Below, piece after piece: positions 62,632 to 64,000 of a stretch of 64,000 nt of DNA (position 1 is the stretch's first letter; every line of letters starts with the position of its first letter). Position numbers and translations under genes: made by a program. This stretch comes from Octopus vulgaris (taxonomy: Eukaryota): positions 165,416,001 through 165,480,000 of the forward strand of contig OX597816.1 in NCBI GenBank assembly GCA_951406725.2, written 5' to 3'. The notes under the pieces are model-generated. The model saw only the letters and a program-made list of their open reading frames with translations. It was not told the DNA's origin and made no database searches.

Positions 62632-62948
62632 ATCATATACATATATATATATACATACATATGTGTGTACATGTATATATATCTATATATACGTGTATGT
62701 GTGTGTATATATATGTATATATATATATATACACACATACATATATATATATACATATGTGTGTATATGTATATATATATATCTATATATACGTGTATAT
62801 ATATGTATATATATATATACATATATACATACACACACACATATATAAACATGGAAACAAATACATACAGGCACATATATTCAAATACACACACACACAC
62901 ATATACAACACACACACACACACACACAGATATATGTATATATATAAT
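62632..62948. repeat. Compound (TA)n/(TG)n/(CA)n microsatellite
   Basis: Direct reading. Confidence 0.95.
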
Positions 62949-63871
62949 TCCAGAGTTAATTGTTATTCAATAGTTTATGAGATTATGTTGTGTACTATAT
63001 CAAAGTGTAACTAGAAATCTTGTTTTAATAAGATATAATTATTCAGTCAGGCCATTCCTACATTGAAACACTAACCAGTCTTTTCTCTCTTAAGTGTTTT
63101 ATTTCTTATCTTCGTTTTTTTTTTTTTTTTTTCTTGGACTTCTATATCAAATGGTAAATTTTATATTTTTGATTTCAGCCTTGATGAATGTGGACAACTA
63201 CGTAAAAATAATTGGATATGCTGATATACGCTACACTTGGCTAGGACAAAAATAACTTACAAACTGTAGAAAGCCATCAAGGAACCAAAACTTACCTAGA
63301 AACAGAAAAAAAAAACAAAAAAACATTACAACATATAAAAAATATTAACAACAATAAGAGGAAGAAATTTTTTCTTTTTTTTTCAAAATTCAAGAAAACA
63401 TGAGAAAAGGTAAGCAACAAGTTTCTTAGTCATTAAGTCTTATGATACCAAATTGTCTGAGACAAGTGGTGGGTCCAGAATAGAAGCTGACAAATGTTTC
63501 ACCCTTTACCATTCAGATTATCTTGTCAAATGTAATGCTTATTCATTCACATTGTTTTCAATTAATCATTTGTTATCTTGTAGTTTTGAGATTTTGATGA
63601 AGTAATGACATTGTAGGGTGAATGTGAAAGGTTGGATGTAGTCAGTTTAAACACAAGACGGGTAAATCAATTGGGCCTGATATGAATGGTTTAAATGCTA
63701 AAACATTAATGTAAGCCAAGTAAAAAAAAGTTCTGTGAAAATTGTGTTAATTTGTTCAATAAATACAACATTAATAATGACCAAATTACAAAGAATTTGA
63801 CTAAATTCTTTGTAATTTTCAAAATTAATTGAAATAAGTACAAAATATTTTGACAGAAATATAGTTAAGAT

Positions 63872-64000
63872 ACCCGTGCCAATGACACGTTAAAACCACC
63901 CTTCTGAACGTGGCAGATGCCAGTGCTGCCTGACTGGCGTACGTGTTGGTGACACGTAAAAGCACCAACCGATCGTGGCTTGTTTGCCAGCCTCCTCTGG
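63872..64000 (+). mobile_element. Start of another unit array of the RTE-tailed element, cut by window edge
   Basis: GTGCC..GACACG TAAAA CACC and GCCAG..CTGGC units. Confidence 0.7.

Overview
This is AT-rich eukaryotic DNA, not prokaryotic. Its microsatellite density and repeat families resemble a coleoid cephalopod (Octopus-like) genome; that assignment is from recall, not a database search. Almost all ORFs in the supplied track are artefacts of microsatellites and SINEs. One credible protein-coding exon is on the minus strand (5908-5677, ending at a GTGAGT donor). Upstream of it is a candidate 82-nt 5'UTR intron and a CpG-retaining, promoter-like zone (~7-13.5 kb). The rest is intronic or intergenic and packed with mobile elements: three tRNA-headed SINE families, a (GAT)n-tailed RTE-related non-autonomous element, decayed LINEs (RTE-BovB-like, RTE-X-like, R4/Dong-like), a DD37D maT transposon remnant, a Helitron, and hAT and TTAA/piggyBac-like MITEs, often nested with visible TSDs. 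The most unusual observations are: a minimal hammerhead ribozyme with a compensated U3-A8 core (56215-56253, minus strand); a palindromic double-hammerhead element present in two copies; a hierarchical tandem array of a ~62-bp hairpin/pseudoknot unit inside a retroelement (23456-24820); and an 86-bp near-perfect fold-back hairpin (13699-13880). SINE boundaries without stated TSDs are approximate.
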